A DNA stretch of 64,000 bases, from the NCBI GenBank assembly GCA_016870485.1, contig VGBM01000005.1, positions 24,214 through 88,213 of the forward strand, given 5' to 3'. Below, in pieces: positions 47,430 through 56,231 of the stretch. This stretch comes from Actinomycetota bacterium. GTDB taxonomy: Bacteria > Actinomycetota > Thermoleophilia > Gaiellales > F1-60-MAGs149. Within the stretch, counting starts at the first letter, position 1; every line of letters starts with the position of its first letter. The notes under the pieces are model-generated. The model worked only from the letters and a program-made list of their open reading frames with translations, did not search any database and had not been told where the DNA came from. A program made the translations under genes and the position numbers.

Positions 47430-48352
47430 TCGAGCTCGTCGTCGACGCCGAGCAGGCGGGGACGCGCCTCGACCGGCTCGTGCATGAGCGGGTCCCCGGG
47501 ATCTCGCGGGCGGAGGCCCAGCGCCTCGTCGACGAGGGCCGGGTCACGGTCGACGGGTCGCCGCGGGCGCGCAGCCTGCGCGTGCAGCGCGGTATGGCGG
47601 TGCGGATCGAGCCGGCCGCGGCCGCCCCGGCGGCGCCCGAGCGGGCCGCGCCCGCGCTGGCGCCGCGCGTCCTCCTCGAGGACGCGCACCTCGTCGTCGT
47701 CGACAAGCCCGCCGGGCTGACCACGCACGCGGCGCCCGGGGCGCCCGGCGCGTCGCTCGCGTCGCACCTGGCGGCGCAGGGCCTCGCGGGCGGGGGCGAG
47801 GCGGACCGGCCGGGCATCGTGCACCGCCTCGATCGGGACACCTCCGGGGTGCTCGTGGTCGCCCGCGACGCCGCGACCCTGAGGCGCCTGCAGCGGCTGA
47901 TGCGCAAGCGGGGCATCGAGCGCGAGTACGTCGTGCTCGTGCACGGCCGCCCGCCGAGCCGTGCGGGCCGGATTGAGGCGCCGATCGGCCGCGACCCCGC
48001 CAACCGCACGCGGCGGGCGATCGACGGCGTGGGGGCACGGCCCGCGGTCACGCACTTTGTGCTGGAGGAGGCCCTGCCCGAGCACTCGCTCCTCGCCGTG
48101 CGCCTGGAGACGGGGCGCACGCACCAGATCCGCGTGCACCTCGCCGCGATCGGCCACCCCGTCGTCGGCGATCCCGTCTACGGCCCGGCCTCGGCCGACG
48201 GCCGCGGCCTCGGCCGCCAGGCGCTGCACGCGCGCCGGATCGCGTTCGACCACCCGCTGACCGGGGAGCGCGTCGACGTCACGGCGCCTCTGCCCGCCGA
48301 CCTCGAGCGGCTGGTGCGGGACCTGCGCGCCGAGCAGCGCCCGGCCCCCTGA
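47426..48352 (+). CDS. rluD: RluA-family 23S rRNA pseudouridine synthase (RluD-like)
   Basis: 308 aa. GTGA overlap with lspA. S4 domain plus catalytic HRLDRDTSGVLVVARD. Confidence 0.9.
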   Translation: MIELVVDAEQAGTRLDRLVHERVPGISRAEAQRLVDEGRVTVDGSPRARSLRVQRGMAVRIEPAAAAPAAPERAAPALAPRVLLEDAHLVVVDKPAGLTTHAAPGAPGASLASHLAAQGLAGGGEADRPGIVHRLDRDTSGVLVVARDAATLRRLQRLMRKRGIEREYVVLVHGRPPSRAGRIEAPIGRDPANRTRRAIDGVGARPAVTHFVLEEALPEHSLLAVRLETGRTHQIRVHLAAIGHPVVGDPVYGPASADGRGLGRQALHARRIAFDHPLTGERVDVTAPLPADLERLVRDLRAEQRPAP

Positions 48353-48359
48353 GCGCTGG

Positions 48360-48365
48360 TAGCAT
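48360..48365 (+). promoter_or_regulatory. -10-like TAGCAT with upstream TGg (extended -10 pattern) for rpsB-tsf
   Basis: CTGGTAGCATCC. It would give a 5' UTR of about 115 nt. Confidence 0.35.
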
Positions 48366-48386
48366 CCGCAGCCGTTGACCCACTCC

Positions 48387-48448
48387 CCCGCCGGGGAGGG
48401 CCGCACCGGGTGGTGCCGACGCAGTCGGTCCCGGACGGCACCGGCGGG
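48387..48448 (+). promoter_or_regulatory. Structured rpsB 5' leader (nested/alternative GC helices)
   Basis: Outer helix CCCGCCGG (48387-94) pairs with CCGGCGGG (48441-48). Inner helix GGTGCCG(AC) (48412-20) pairs with CGGCACC (48436-42), enclosing CCGAC-GCA-GTCGG. An alternative pairing is GCACC (48403-07) with GGTGC (48412-16). Confidence 0.35.
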
Positions 48449-48485
48449 CGCACGTCCCCGTAACCCACGCGAAGGAGCCCTTTCG

Positions 48486-49514
48486 ATGGCCGCAGCCACC
48501 ATGCGCGAGCTGCTCGAGGCCGGAGTCCACTTCGGCCACCAGACGCGCCGCTGGAACCCCAAGATGCGCCGCTTCATCTTCACGGAGCGCGGCGGCATCT
48601 ACGTGATCGACCTGCAGAAGACGCTGACCCTGGCGGAGGAGGCGCACGAGATGGTGCGCGACATCGCCGCCACCGGCGGGACCGTCCTCTTCGTGGGCAC
48701 GAAGAGGCAGGCCCGCGAGGCGGTCCGCGCCCAGGCGGAGCGCTGCGGCATGCCGTACGTGAACCACCGCTGGCTGGGCGGCCTCCTGACCAACTTCCGC
48801 ACCATCACGGACCGCATCCAGCGCCTGCACGACCTGCGCCGCCTGCGCGACGAGGGCCAGCTCGACCTCCTGCCCGCGAAGGAGCGGCTGGTGCGCCTGC
48901 ACGAGCTCGAGAAGCTCGAGACGAACCTGTCGGGCGTGGCGGGCATGGTCAAGCTGCCGTCCGCCGTGTTCGTGATCGACCTCAACGCGGAGCAGCTGGC
49001 GGTGCGCGAGGCGCGCCGCCTCGGCATCCCGCTGATCGGGCTCGTGGACACGAACTGCGACCCGGACGAGGTCGACCTCGCGATCCCGGGCAACGACGAC
49101 GCGATCCGGGCCAACGACCTGATCAGCCGCGTCGTCGCCGACGGCGTGATCGAGGGCCGCAAGCACCTGCCCGCGGGCGCCGAGGGCCTGACGGGCGCCG
49201 AGGCCGCCGCGGTCGACGAGGCCGTCCAGGAGATCCTGGCCGCCGCCGAGCAGGCCGACGAGACGGCGCTCGAGGCCGTCGCCGTCGCCGACCAGGCGGA
49301 GGCCGCGGCCGCTGAGGCCCTGGCCGACCCGGCCGTCTCCGACGAGGCGGCCGCCGAGGCCGTGGTCGAGGCGGTCATCGCCGAGGCCGTCGCCGAGGAG
49401 GCGGTCGCCGAGGCGGTCGTCGCCGACGAGATCGCCGAGGTGGCCGTGGAGCTGGCCGTCGAGGGCGAGGCCGCGGCCGAGGCCGCGGACGACGAGGGCA
49501 CCCCGTCCGCCTAG
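48486..49514 (+). CDS. rpsB: 30S ribosomal protein S2 with a long Ala/Glu/Val-rich C-terminal extension
   Basis: 342 aa from ATG 48486, with Shine-Dalgarno GAAGGAG. MRELLEAGVHFGHQTRRWNPKM. The conserved core ends near aa 226 and the remaining ~116 aa are low complexity. Confidence 0.95.
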   Translation: MAAATMRELLEAGVHFGHQTRRWNPKMRRFIFTERGGIYVIDLQKTLTLAEEAHEMVRDIAATGGTVLFVGTKRQAREAVRAQAERCGMPYVNHRWLGGLLTNFRTITDRIQRLHDLRRLRDEGQLDLLPAKERLVRLHELEKLETNLSGVAGMVKLPSAVFVIDLNAEQLAVREARRLGIPLIGLVDTNCDPDEVDLAIPGNDDAIRANDLISRVVADGVIEGRKHLPAGAEGLTGAEAAAVDEAVQEILAAAEQADETALEAVAVADQAEAAAAEALADPAVSDEAAAEAVVEAVIAEAVAEEAVAEAVVADEIAEVAVELAVEGEAAAEAADDEGTPSA

Positions 49515-49558
49515 GCGGGCACCGACGAGCACGGACGATCCGGAAGAGGACCGACGAG

Positions 49559-50161
49559 ATGAGCGACTACAAGCCGGCTGCGGCCGATGTGAAGACCCTC
49601 CGCGAGCAGACGGGCGCGGGCATGATGGAGGTCCGCGACGCGCTCGTGGAGACCAAGGGCGACCTCGACGCGGCCAAGAAGGCGCTGCGCGAGAAGGGCC
49701 TCGCGAAGGCCGCCAAGCGCGGCGGCCGCGCGACCAGCGACGGCAAGATCGCCAGCTACATCCACGGCGGGGGCACCAAGGGCGTCCTCGTCGAGGTCGG
49801 CTGCGAGACCGACTTCGTCGCGAAGACGGACAAGTTCCAGGAGTTCGCGAAGGACATCTGCCTGCAGATCGTCTCGATGGACGCGACGCGCTACATCGCG
49901 ACCGCGGACGTGCCGGAGGAGGCGAAGGAGGCCGAGCTCGAGATCTACCGCTCGCAGGCCGCCGACAAGCCCGCCGAGGTCCAGGACAAGATCGCCGAGG
50001 GCAAGCTGCGCAAGTGGTACGAGGAGGTCTGCCTCCTCGAGCAGCCGTACTTCCGCGACGAGGACCAGACCGTCGAGCAGGTGCGCGCCGCCCTCTCGTC
50101 CGAGATGGGTGAGAACATCGAGATCAAGCGCTTCGCCAGCTTCGTCCTCGGCCAGGAGTAA
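49559..50161 (+). CDS. tsf: Elongation factor Ts (short form)
   Basis: 200 aa. VKTLREQTGAGMMEVRDAL, TDFVAKT. Confidence 0.93.
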   Translation: MSDYKPAAADVKTLREQTGAGMMEVRDALVETKGDLDAAKKALREKGLAKAAKRGGRATSDGKIASYIHGGGTKGVLVEVGCETDFVAKTDKFQEFAKDICLQIVSMDATRYIATADVPEEAKEAELEIYRSQAADKPAEVQDKIAEGKLRKWYEEVCLLEQPYFRDEDQTVEQVRAALSSEMGENIEIKRFASFVLGQE

Positions 50162-50164
50162 CCC

Positions 50165-50926
50165 GTGACCACCACGCCGTTCAGCCGCGTCCTCCTGAAG
50201 CTCTCGGGGGAGTCGCTGATGGGCGGCGCCGGCTACGGGATGGACCCGGCGCGCCTCGCGGAGATCGCCCACGCGGTCAAGCAGGTGCGCGAGCTCGGCG
50301 TGGAGATCGCGATCGTCGTCGGCGGCGGCAACATCTTCCGCGGCATGGCGGAGTCGGCGAAGGGCATGGACCGCGCCTCAGCCGACTACGCGGGCATGCT
50401 CGCGACCGTCCTCAACGGCATCGCCGTGCAGGACGCGTGCGAGCGGATCGGTGTCTTCACGCGCGTGCTCAGCGCTCTCGACATCCAGGAGGTCGCGGAG
50501 CCGTACATCCGGCGCCGCGCGATCCGCCACCTCGAGAAGGGCCGCGTCGTGATCTTCGCGGGCGGCACGGGCAACCCGTACTTCACGACCGACACCGCCG
50601 CGGCGCTGCGCGCCTGCGAGATCGGCGCGCAGTCGATCCTGATGGGCAAGAACGGGGTGGAGGGCGTCCTCGACAAGGACCCCCGCGAGTATGGGGACGC
50701 GGCCCTGATCGATGAGATCACGCACCTCGAGGCCGTCGAGCGCGGCCTCAAGGTGATGGACACGACGGCGCTGACCCTCTGCATGGAGAACGACATGCCG
50801 ATCCGGGTCTTCAATGTCAACGACGCCGAGAACATCGTGCGGGTCGTCCTTGGCGAGCCGATCGGCACCCTCGTCGCGAGCGGGACGCGGGTCGCCCCGG
50901 TCGCGCCGAAGGAGCCCCGCGCCTAG
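50165..50926 (+). CDS. pyrH: UMP kinase
   Basis: 253 aa, GTG start. [29 protein letters not shown]. Confidence 0.95.
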   Translation: MTTTPFSRVLLKLSGESLMGGAGYGMDPARLAEIAHAVKQVRELGVEIAIVVGGGNIFRGMAESAKGMDRASADYAGMLATVLNGIAVQDACERIGVFTRVLSALDIQEVAEPYIRRRAIRHLEKGRVVIFAGGTGNPYFTTDTAAALRACEIGAQSILMGKNGVEGVLDKDPREYGDAALIDEITHLEAVERGLKVMDTTALTLCMENDMPIRVFNVNDAENIVRVVLGEPIGTLVASGTRVAPVAPKEPRA

Positions 50927-50937
50927 GCTGGGGTCCG

Positions 50938-51501
50938 ATGGGCCGCTCCGAGAAGACCGAGTCCGCCGACGAGCGCGAGGCGCGCCGGCGCATCGCCCAG
51001 GCGCAGATCCGCCAGTTCCCGGACCCGGTGCTGCGCTCCGAGACGCATCCCGTCGAGGACTTCGGTGACGACCTCAGGGCGCTCGCCGCGCGCATGTTCG
51101 AGCTCGCCGACGACGCGGTCGGCGCGGGCCTTGCGGCGCCGCAGATCGGCCTCCTGCGCCGCTTCGCCGTGGTCAGCCTCGACGACGACGAGGGCTGGAT
51201 CGCGCTGGCCAACCCGGAGATCACCGCCTCCTCCGACGAGACCGAGGTCGGCGGCGAGGGCTGCCTGTCCCTCGACCTCCTGCTGCGCGAGGGGCACTCG
51301 GTGCCCGTCGCCCGCGCGACGCGCATCACGGTGCGCTGGCAGGACCTCGACGGGGCCTGGCAGGAGCGCGAGCTCGTCGACCTGCCGGCCCGGATCATCC
51401 AGCACGAGGTCGACCACCTCGACGGCGTCCTCACGCTCGACCGGGCCGAGCCCGAGGCGCGTCGCGAGGCGATGCGCCTGCTCCGGGAGGGGACGCGCTG
51501 A
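50938..51501 (+). CDS. def: Peptide deformylase
   Basis: 187 aa. GAGLAAPQIG, EGCLS, QHEVDHLDG. Confidence 0.92.
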   Translation: MGRSEKTESADEREARRRIAQAQIRQFPDPVLRSETHPVEDFGDDLRALAARMFELADDAVGAGLAAPQIGLLRRFAVVSLDDDEGWIALANPEITASSDETEVGGEGCLSLDLLLREGHSVPVARATRITVRWQDLDGAWQERELVDLPARIIQHEVDHLDGVLTLDRAEPEARREAMRLLREGTR

Positions 51502-52421
51502 GCGTCCGCGCGCCGTTCGCGGGCACGTCCGCGTTCGGCGCCGCCGTCCTGCGCGGCCTCGTCGAGCGTGGGGTCGAGGTGCCGCTCGTCCTGTCGCAGC
51601 CCGACCGGCCCGCGGGGCGCAACCGCCGCCCGACGCCGCCGCCCGTCGCCGCGCTCGCGCAGGAGCTCGGCCTGCCGCTGGTCCAGCCCGAGCGCGCGAT
51701 CGACGCCCACGACGCCCTCGCGCGCCTCGGGCCCGCCGCGATCGCGATCTGCGCGTACGGCAAGATCCTGCCGCCCGAGCTCCTGCAGATCGCCCCGTGG
51801 CTCAACCTGCACCCGTCGCTCCTGCCCCGCTGGCGCGGGGCGGCCCCGATCGAGCGGGCGCTGATGGCGGGCGACGCCGAGACGGGCGTGGCCGTGATGC
51901 GCACCGACGTCGAGCTCGACGCGGGCCCCCTGGTCAGCATCGAGCCCTTCGGCATCGACCCCGACGACGACGCGGGCGCGGTCGAGCGCCACGCCCTTGA
52001 GCGCGGCGTGCCCGCGCTCGTGCTCGCGCTCGCGGAGGCCGCGGCCGGCACCCTCGACTGGGTGCCGCAGGCGTCGGACGGGGTCACCTACGCCGCCAAG
52101 CTGGAGCGCGCCGACCGCCTGATCGACCCGCTCGCCGACGGCGCGTGCGAGACGGCCAACCGGGTGCGCGCGCTGCGCCCCCGGCTCGGCGCCCTGCTCA
52201 ACCTCGACGGCGAGACGACGGTGATCTGGCGGGTCGCGCCGACCGCGGAGCCGCTCGCGCCGGGCGAGGCGCGCGTCGTCGGCGACTCGCTCGCGATCGG
52301 TCTGTGGGGCGGCTCCCTGCGCGTGGAGGAGCTGCAGTCGCCCGGCAAGCGCCCGCTCCCCGTCGCCGACTGGCTGCGCGGGCGCCGGACGCCGCCCACG
52401 GCCTGCACGAAGCCCGCATGA
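51498..52421 (+). CDS. fmt: Methionyl-tRNA formyltransferase (start codon non-canonical or unresolved)
   Basis: The homologous N-terminus (VRAPFAGTSAFGAAVLRGL...SQPDRPAGR) begins upstream of the first ATG/GTG/TTG, which is GTG 51579. The only plausible initiator is CTG 51498, which overlaps the def stop (CTGA). Confidence 0.8.
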   Translation: MSVRAPFAGTSAFGAAVLRGLVERGVEVPLVLSQPDRPAGRNRRPTPPPVAALAQELGLPLVQPERAIDAHDALARLGPAAIAICAYGKILPPELLQIAPWLNLHPSLLPRWRGAAPIERALMAGDAETGVAVMRTDVELDAGPLVSIEPFGIDPDDDAGAVERHALERGVPALVLALAEAAAGTLDWVPQASDGVTYAAKLERADRLIDPLADGACETANRVRALRPRLGALLNLDGETTVIWRVAPTAEPLAPGEARVVGDSLAIGLWGGSLRVEELQSPGKRPLPVADWLRGRRTPPTACTKPA

Positions 52422-53686
52422 GCGACGCCCGTTCGGTCGCGCTCGAGGCGCTCCTGCGCGTCGAGGCGGATGGCGCCTGGGCCGACCGCGCGCTGGCCTC
52501 CGCCGCGGCCCGGGCCGGCCTCGACGCCCGCGACCGCGCCCTGGCCGCGCGCCTGACCGCCGACGCCGTCAAGGGCCGACGCCTGCTCGACGCCGCCGTC
52601 TCCGCCCTCGCCGACCGCGACCCCGCCAAGCTGGACCCCGAGAGCCGCGCCATCGTGCGGCTCGGCGCCTGCCAGCTGCTCCTGCTCGACCGGGTCCCCG
52701 CGCACGCCGCGGTCTCCACCGCGGTCGACCTGGCCCGGGCCCGACGCGGGGCGGGCGCCGCCGGCCTCGTCAACGCGCTCCTGCGCCGCGTCGCCGAGCA
52801 CGGGCGGGCGTGGGTCGACGACCTGCCCGACCGGACGCCGGGCGAGGCGGCGCTCCGGCGCTCCTACCCGGACTGGATCGCGGAGGCGTGGTGGGCCGCC
52901 TACGGGCCGGAGGCCGCGCGCGCCCTGTTGGACGCCGGCAACGCGCCACCGGAGCTCGCGCTGCGGATCAACCGCCTGCGCGCGGGCGCCGAGGAGCGGG
53001 TCGAGGCGGAGCTGACGGGGCTCGGGGCGGTGCTCGCACGCGACCCGGACGCGCCCGACGCGCGCGTGGTCGAGGGCGCCGTCGACCTGGCCGCGACCCG
53101 CGCCTTCGCCGACGGCGACCTCGTGCCGATGAGCCGCTCGGCGCAGCGCATCGCCCCCTTCCTCGGCGTCGAGCCCGGGCGGCGCGTGCTCGACGCCTGC
53201 GCGGCGCCCGGCGGCAAGGCCGGCCACCTCGCGGCGCTGCTCGGCGGGGGCGCGGGGCTCGACTGCGTCGAGCGCGACCCGGGCCGGGCGCGCCAGCTCG
53301 CGGAGGCCCTCGCCCGGCAGGGGGTGGAGGGACACGACCTGCTCGCGATCGACGTGTTCCAGCTGCCGGCGGAGCGCACGGACTACGACTGCATCCTCAT
53401 CGACGCTCCCTGCACGGGCCTCGGCACGGTCGGGTCGCGCCCCGACCTGCGCTGGCGTCGCGAGCCGGCCGACGTGGAGCGGCTCGCCGCGCTCCAGCGC
53501 GGCATGGTCGACTTCCTGCGGCCGCGGCTCGCGCCCGGCGGCGCGCTCGTCCTGTCGCTCTGCACGCTCGGGACGGCCGAGGCGCAGGCGGCTGACGAGC
53601 ACCCCGTCGAGGCCCGGCTCGAGCTGCGCCCCGACGCGGGTGCGGGCGAGGGCTTCGTCGCGGTCCGGGTCAGCGCGGCCCCGTAG
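52418..53686 (+). CDS. rsmB: 16S rRNA (cytosine-C5) methyltransferase RsmB/Sun
   Basis: 422 aa. ATGA overlap with fmt. NusB-like N-terminus, DACAAPGGK, IDAPCTGLGT. Confidence 0.85.
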   Translation: MSDARSVALEALLRVEADGAWADRALASAAARAGLDARDRALAARLTADAVKGRRLLDAAVSALADRDPAKLDPESRAIVRLGACQLLLLDRVPAHAAVSTAVDLARARRGAGAAGLVNALLRRVAEHGRAWVDDLPDRTPGEAALRRSYPDWIAEAWWAAYGPEAARALLDAGNAPPELALRINRLRAGAEERVEAELTGLGAVLARDPDAPDARVVEGAVDLAATRAFADGDLVPMSRSAQRIAPFLGVEPGRRVLDACAAPGGKAGHLAALLGGGAGLDCVERDPGRARQLAEALARQGVEGHDLLAIDVFQLPAERTDYDCILIDAPCTGLGTVGSRPDLRWRREPADVERLAALQRGMVDFLRPRLAPGGALVLSLCTLGTAEAQAADEHPVEARLELRPDAGAGEGFVAVRVSAAP

Positions 53687-53698
53687 CGCCGCGGCTGC

Positions 53699-53704
53699 CA
53701 TGAT
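53699..53704 (+). promoter_or_regulatory. -10-like CATGAT 6 nt upstream of the rpe ATG (leaderless arrangement)
   Basis: CATGAT-GCGCGC-ATG. Confidence 0.3.
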
Positions 53705-53710
53705 GCGCGC

Positions 53711-54412
53711 ATGGCGCGCGACGAGTCGTGGCTCACCGAGGTGCAGGTCTGCCCGTCGATCCTGGCGGCGGACTTCGGGGCGTTCCGCGCTCAGGTCGTC
53801 GAGCTGATGGACGCCGGCGCGCGCACGTTCCACGTCGACGTGATGGACGGGCACTTCGTGCCCGTGATCACCTTCGGCCACGAGGTCGTCGAGGCGATCG
53901 CAGACGAGGTCCACAGCCGCGGCGGGGCGCTCGCGGTGCACATGATGGTGCAGGAGCCCGAGCGGCTCGCGGCCGACTACGCGAAGGCCGGCGCGGACTC
54001 GTTCACGATCCACGTCGAGGCGACGCGCGACATCCACCGCGCGCTCCAGATCGTGGGGGAGCTCGGGATGGTGCCGGGCGTCACCCTCAACCCGGCGACC
54101 CCCGTGGCGGCGATCGCCGAGGCGGCGCGCTACGCCCGCAACCTGCTCTGCATGAGCGTCAGCCCCGGCTGGGGCGGCCAGGCCTTCATCGGCGCCACGC
54201 TCGAGCGGCTGCCGCAGTTTCGCGCGCTGGCCGGTGCCGGCGTCGGCGTCGAGGTCGACGGCGGCATCGGGCCCGACACGATCGCCGGGGTCTACGCGGC
54301 GGGGGCGAACCGCCTCACCGCGGGCTCGGCGATCTACCGCCAGCCCGATCCGGGCCAGGCCTACGTCGACCTGGTCGAGCGCGTGCGCGCCGCGGGCGCG
54401 ACGATCGCCTGA
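53711..54412 (+). CDS. rpe: Ribulose-phosphate 3-epimerase
   Basis: 233 aa. CPSILAADF, HVDVMDGHFVP, VDGGI. Confidence 0.93.
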   Translation: MARDESWLTEVQVCPSILAADFGAFRAQVVELMDAGARTFHVDVMDGHFVPVITFGHEVVEAIADEVHSRGGALAVHMMVQEPERLAADYAKAGADSFTIHVEATRDIHRALQIVGELGMVPGVTLNPATPVAAIAEAARYARNLLCMSVSPGWGGQAFIGATLERLPQFRALAGAGVGVEVDGGIGPDTIAGVYAAGANRLTAGSAIYRQPDPGQAYVDLVERVRAAGATIA

Positions 54413-54431
54413 GCCGGCGGTCCGGCTCGCC

Positions 54432-54437
54432 TACCCT
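54432..54437 (+). promoter_or_regulatory. -10-like TACCCT 6 nt upstream of the ribD GTG (leaderless arrangement)
   Basis: TACCCT-TCCCGC-GTG. The intergenic region is only 31 nt, which leaves no room for an FMN riboswitch. Confidence 0.35.
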
Positions 54438-54443
54438 TCCCGC

Positions 54444-55559
54444 GTGATCGACGACGCCGATCGCCTGCTCCTCGCCCGCGCGCTCGAGCTCGCCGAGCGC
54501 GGCGCGCGCACGGCCGCCCCGAACCCGCTCGTCGGCTGCGTGATCGCGCGGCACGGCACGGTGGTCGCGGAGGGCTTCCACGTGCGGCCCGGCGAGCGCC
54601 ACGCGGAGGCGATGGCGCTCGAGGTCGCGGCGGAGGGCGCGCGCGAGGCCACGGCCTACGTGACGCTCGAGCCGTGCGCCCACCACGGCCGCACGCCGCC
54701 CTGCGCGGACGCCCTCGTCGCCGCCGGGGTGGGGCGCGTGGTGGTGCTGGCCGGCGACCCCGCGCCGCACGCCGCGGGCGCGGGCCTCCTGCGCCTCGCC
54801 GACGCCGGCATCCCGGTCGACGTGGCCGACGACGACGACCCGCTCGCCATCGCGGCGCGACGGCAGAACGCGGGCTTCCGCACCTGGCACCTGCTGGGCC
54901 GGCCGCACGTCACCTACAAGGCCGCGCAGACCCTCGACGGCCGCACCGCGACCCGCGCCGGCGACAGCCGCTGGATCTCGGGCGAGGCGTCGCGCGCGCG
55001 GGTCCACGAGCTGCGCGCGCGGGCCGGGGCGGTCCTGGTCGGCGCCGGCACCGCGCTCGCCGACGACCCCGAGCTGACGGCGCGCGACTGCGTGCCGGCG
55101 GCCGAGCACCAGCCCCTGCGCGTCGTCTGGGACCGGGGCCTGCGGCTCGCCGCCGACGCGCGCCTCGTCCGCACCACGGACCGCGGCCCGGTGCTCGTGC
55201 TGTGCGCCCCCGGCGCGGACCCCGCGCGGCGGGCGGCGCTCGAGGCGGCCGGGGTGGAGGTGGCGGAGGCCGCCGACCTCGCGGCCGGGCTCGCGGTCCT
55301 GCACGCGCGCGAGGTGCAGAGCGTGCTCTGCGAGGGCGGCCAGGCGCTGGCGGGCGCGCTGCTCGGCGCCGGCCTCGTCGACCGCATGCTGGTCGTGACC
55401 GCGCCGAAGCTCCTCGGCGACCCCGAGGCGCCGGGCCTCGTCGGGGCGACGGGGACGGTCGTGGCGCGGATGGACGAGGCGACCGGCCTCGCGGCGCTCG
55501 CCTGCGAACAGGTGGGCGAGGATCTGTGGATCGACGTGTGGCTCCGGGAGCCGCGCTGA
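54444..55559 (+). CDS. ribD: Bifunctional riboflavin biosynthesis deaminase/reductase
   Basis: 371 aa, GTG start. Deaminase HAEAMAL...PCAHHGRTPPC followed by a reductase domain. Confidence 0.9.
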   Translation: MIDDADRLLLARALELAERGARTAAPNPLVGCVIARHGTVVAEGFHVRPGERHAEAMALEVAAEGAREATAYVTLEPCAHHGRTPPCADALVAAGVGRVVVLAGDPAPHAAGAGLLRLADAGIPVDVADDDDPLAIAARRQNAGFRTWHLLGRPHVTYKAAQTLDGRTATRAGDSRWISGEASRARVHELRARAGAVLVGAGTALADDPELTARDCVPAAEHQPLRVVWDRGLRLAADARLVRTTDRGPVLVLCAPGADPARRAALEAAGVEVAEAADLAAGLAVLHAREVQSVLCEGGQALAGALLGAGLVDRMLVVTAPKLLGDPEAPGLVGATGTVVARMDEATGLAALACEQVGEDLWIDVWLREPR

Positions 55560-55573
55560 TCGGAGGCCGAGAC

Positions 55574-56185
55574 GTGTTCACCGGGATCATCCAAGAGGTC
55601 GGCGAGGTGGCGGCGGTCGCGCCCGAGGCGAACGGCGCGCGCATCACCGTGCGCATGCCGGGCCTCGCGACGGAGATCGGCATGGGCGACAGCGTGGCCG
55701 TCAACGGCACCTGCCTGACCGCCGTCGAGCTCGGCCCGGAGCTGATCGCCTTCGAGGTGATGGGGGAGACGCTCGCGCGTACCACGACGGGCGCGCTGGG
55801 GCCCGGCAGTCGCGTCAACCTCGAGCCCGCGCTGCGGCCCACGGACCGCATGGGCGGGCACGTCGTGCAGGGCCACGTGGACGGCGTCGGCGAGGTGCGC
55901 GGCACCCGGCCCGACGGGATCGCGAAGGTCGTCGAGATCGCGGCGCCGCCCGCGGTGCTGCGCTACGTGGTCGAGAAGGGCTCGATCGCCGTCGACGGCG
56001 TCTCCCTGACCGTCTCGGCGGAGACGGACGGCGGCTTCGAGATCTGGCTGATCCCGCACACCTGCGAGGCCACCACGTTCGACGCGCTGGCGCCCGGCGA
56101 CCGCGTGAATCTGGAGGCCGACGTCCTTGCGAAGTACGTGGAGAGGTTGACCGGCGACCGCGGCGATGGTGCTGCGGCCGGCTGA
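55574..56185 (+). CDS. ribE: Riboflavin synthase
   Basis: 203 aa, GTG start. FTGIIQEVG and two lumazine-binding repeats. Confidence 0.9.
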   Translation: MFTGIIQEVGEVAAVAPEANGARITVRMPGLATEIGMGDSVAVNGTCLTAVELGPELIAFEVMGETLARTTTGALGPGSRVNLEPALRPTDRMGGHVVQGHVDGVGEVRGTRPDGIAKVVEIAAPPAVLRYVVEKGSIAVDGVSLTVSAETDGGFEIWLIPHTCEATTFDALAPGDRVNLEADVLAKYVERLTGDRGDGAAAG

Positions 56186-56231
56186 GCGGCCTTCCCGTAG
56201 AGTAGGAATCCGCCCCCGACCTGGGACCCAG

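Noticed and set aside
49200-49500. Short degenerate tandem repeats (GCCGAGGCNGTNG-like units), considered as a possible CRISPR array or other non-coding repeat array.
   Set aside because: The units are too short and irregular, and there are no spacer-sized unique segments. The region is in frame as the low-complexity tail of rpsB.
54413-54443. An FMN riboswitch expected upstream of the ribD-ribE-ribBA-ribH operon.
   Set aside because: Only 31 nt separate rpe from ribD, and they contain just a -10-like hexamer. There is no room for the ~130-nt aptamer, and none is visible upstream of rpe either.
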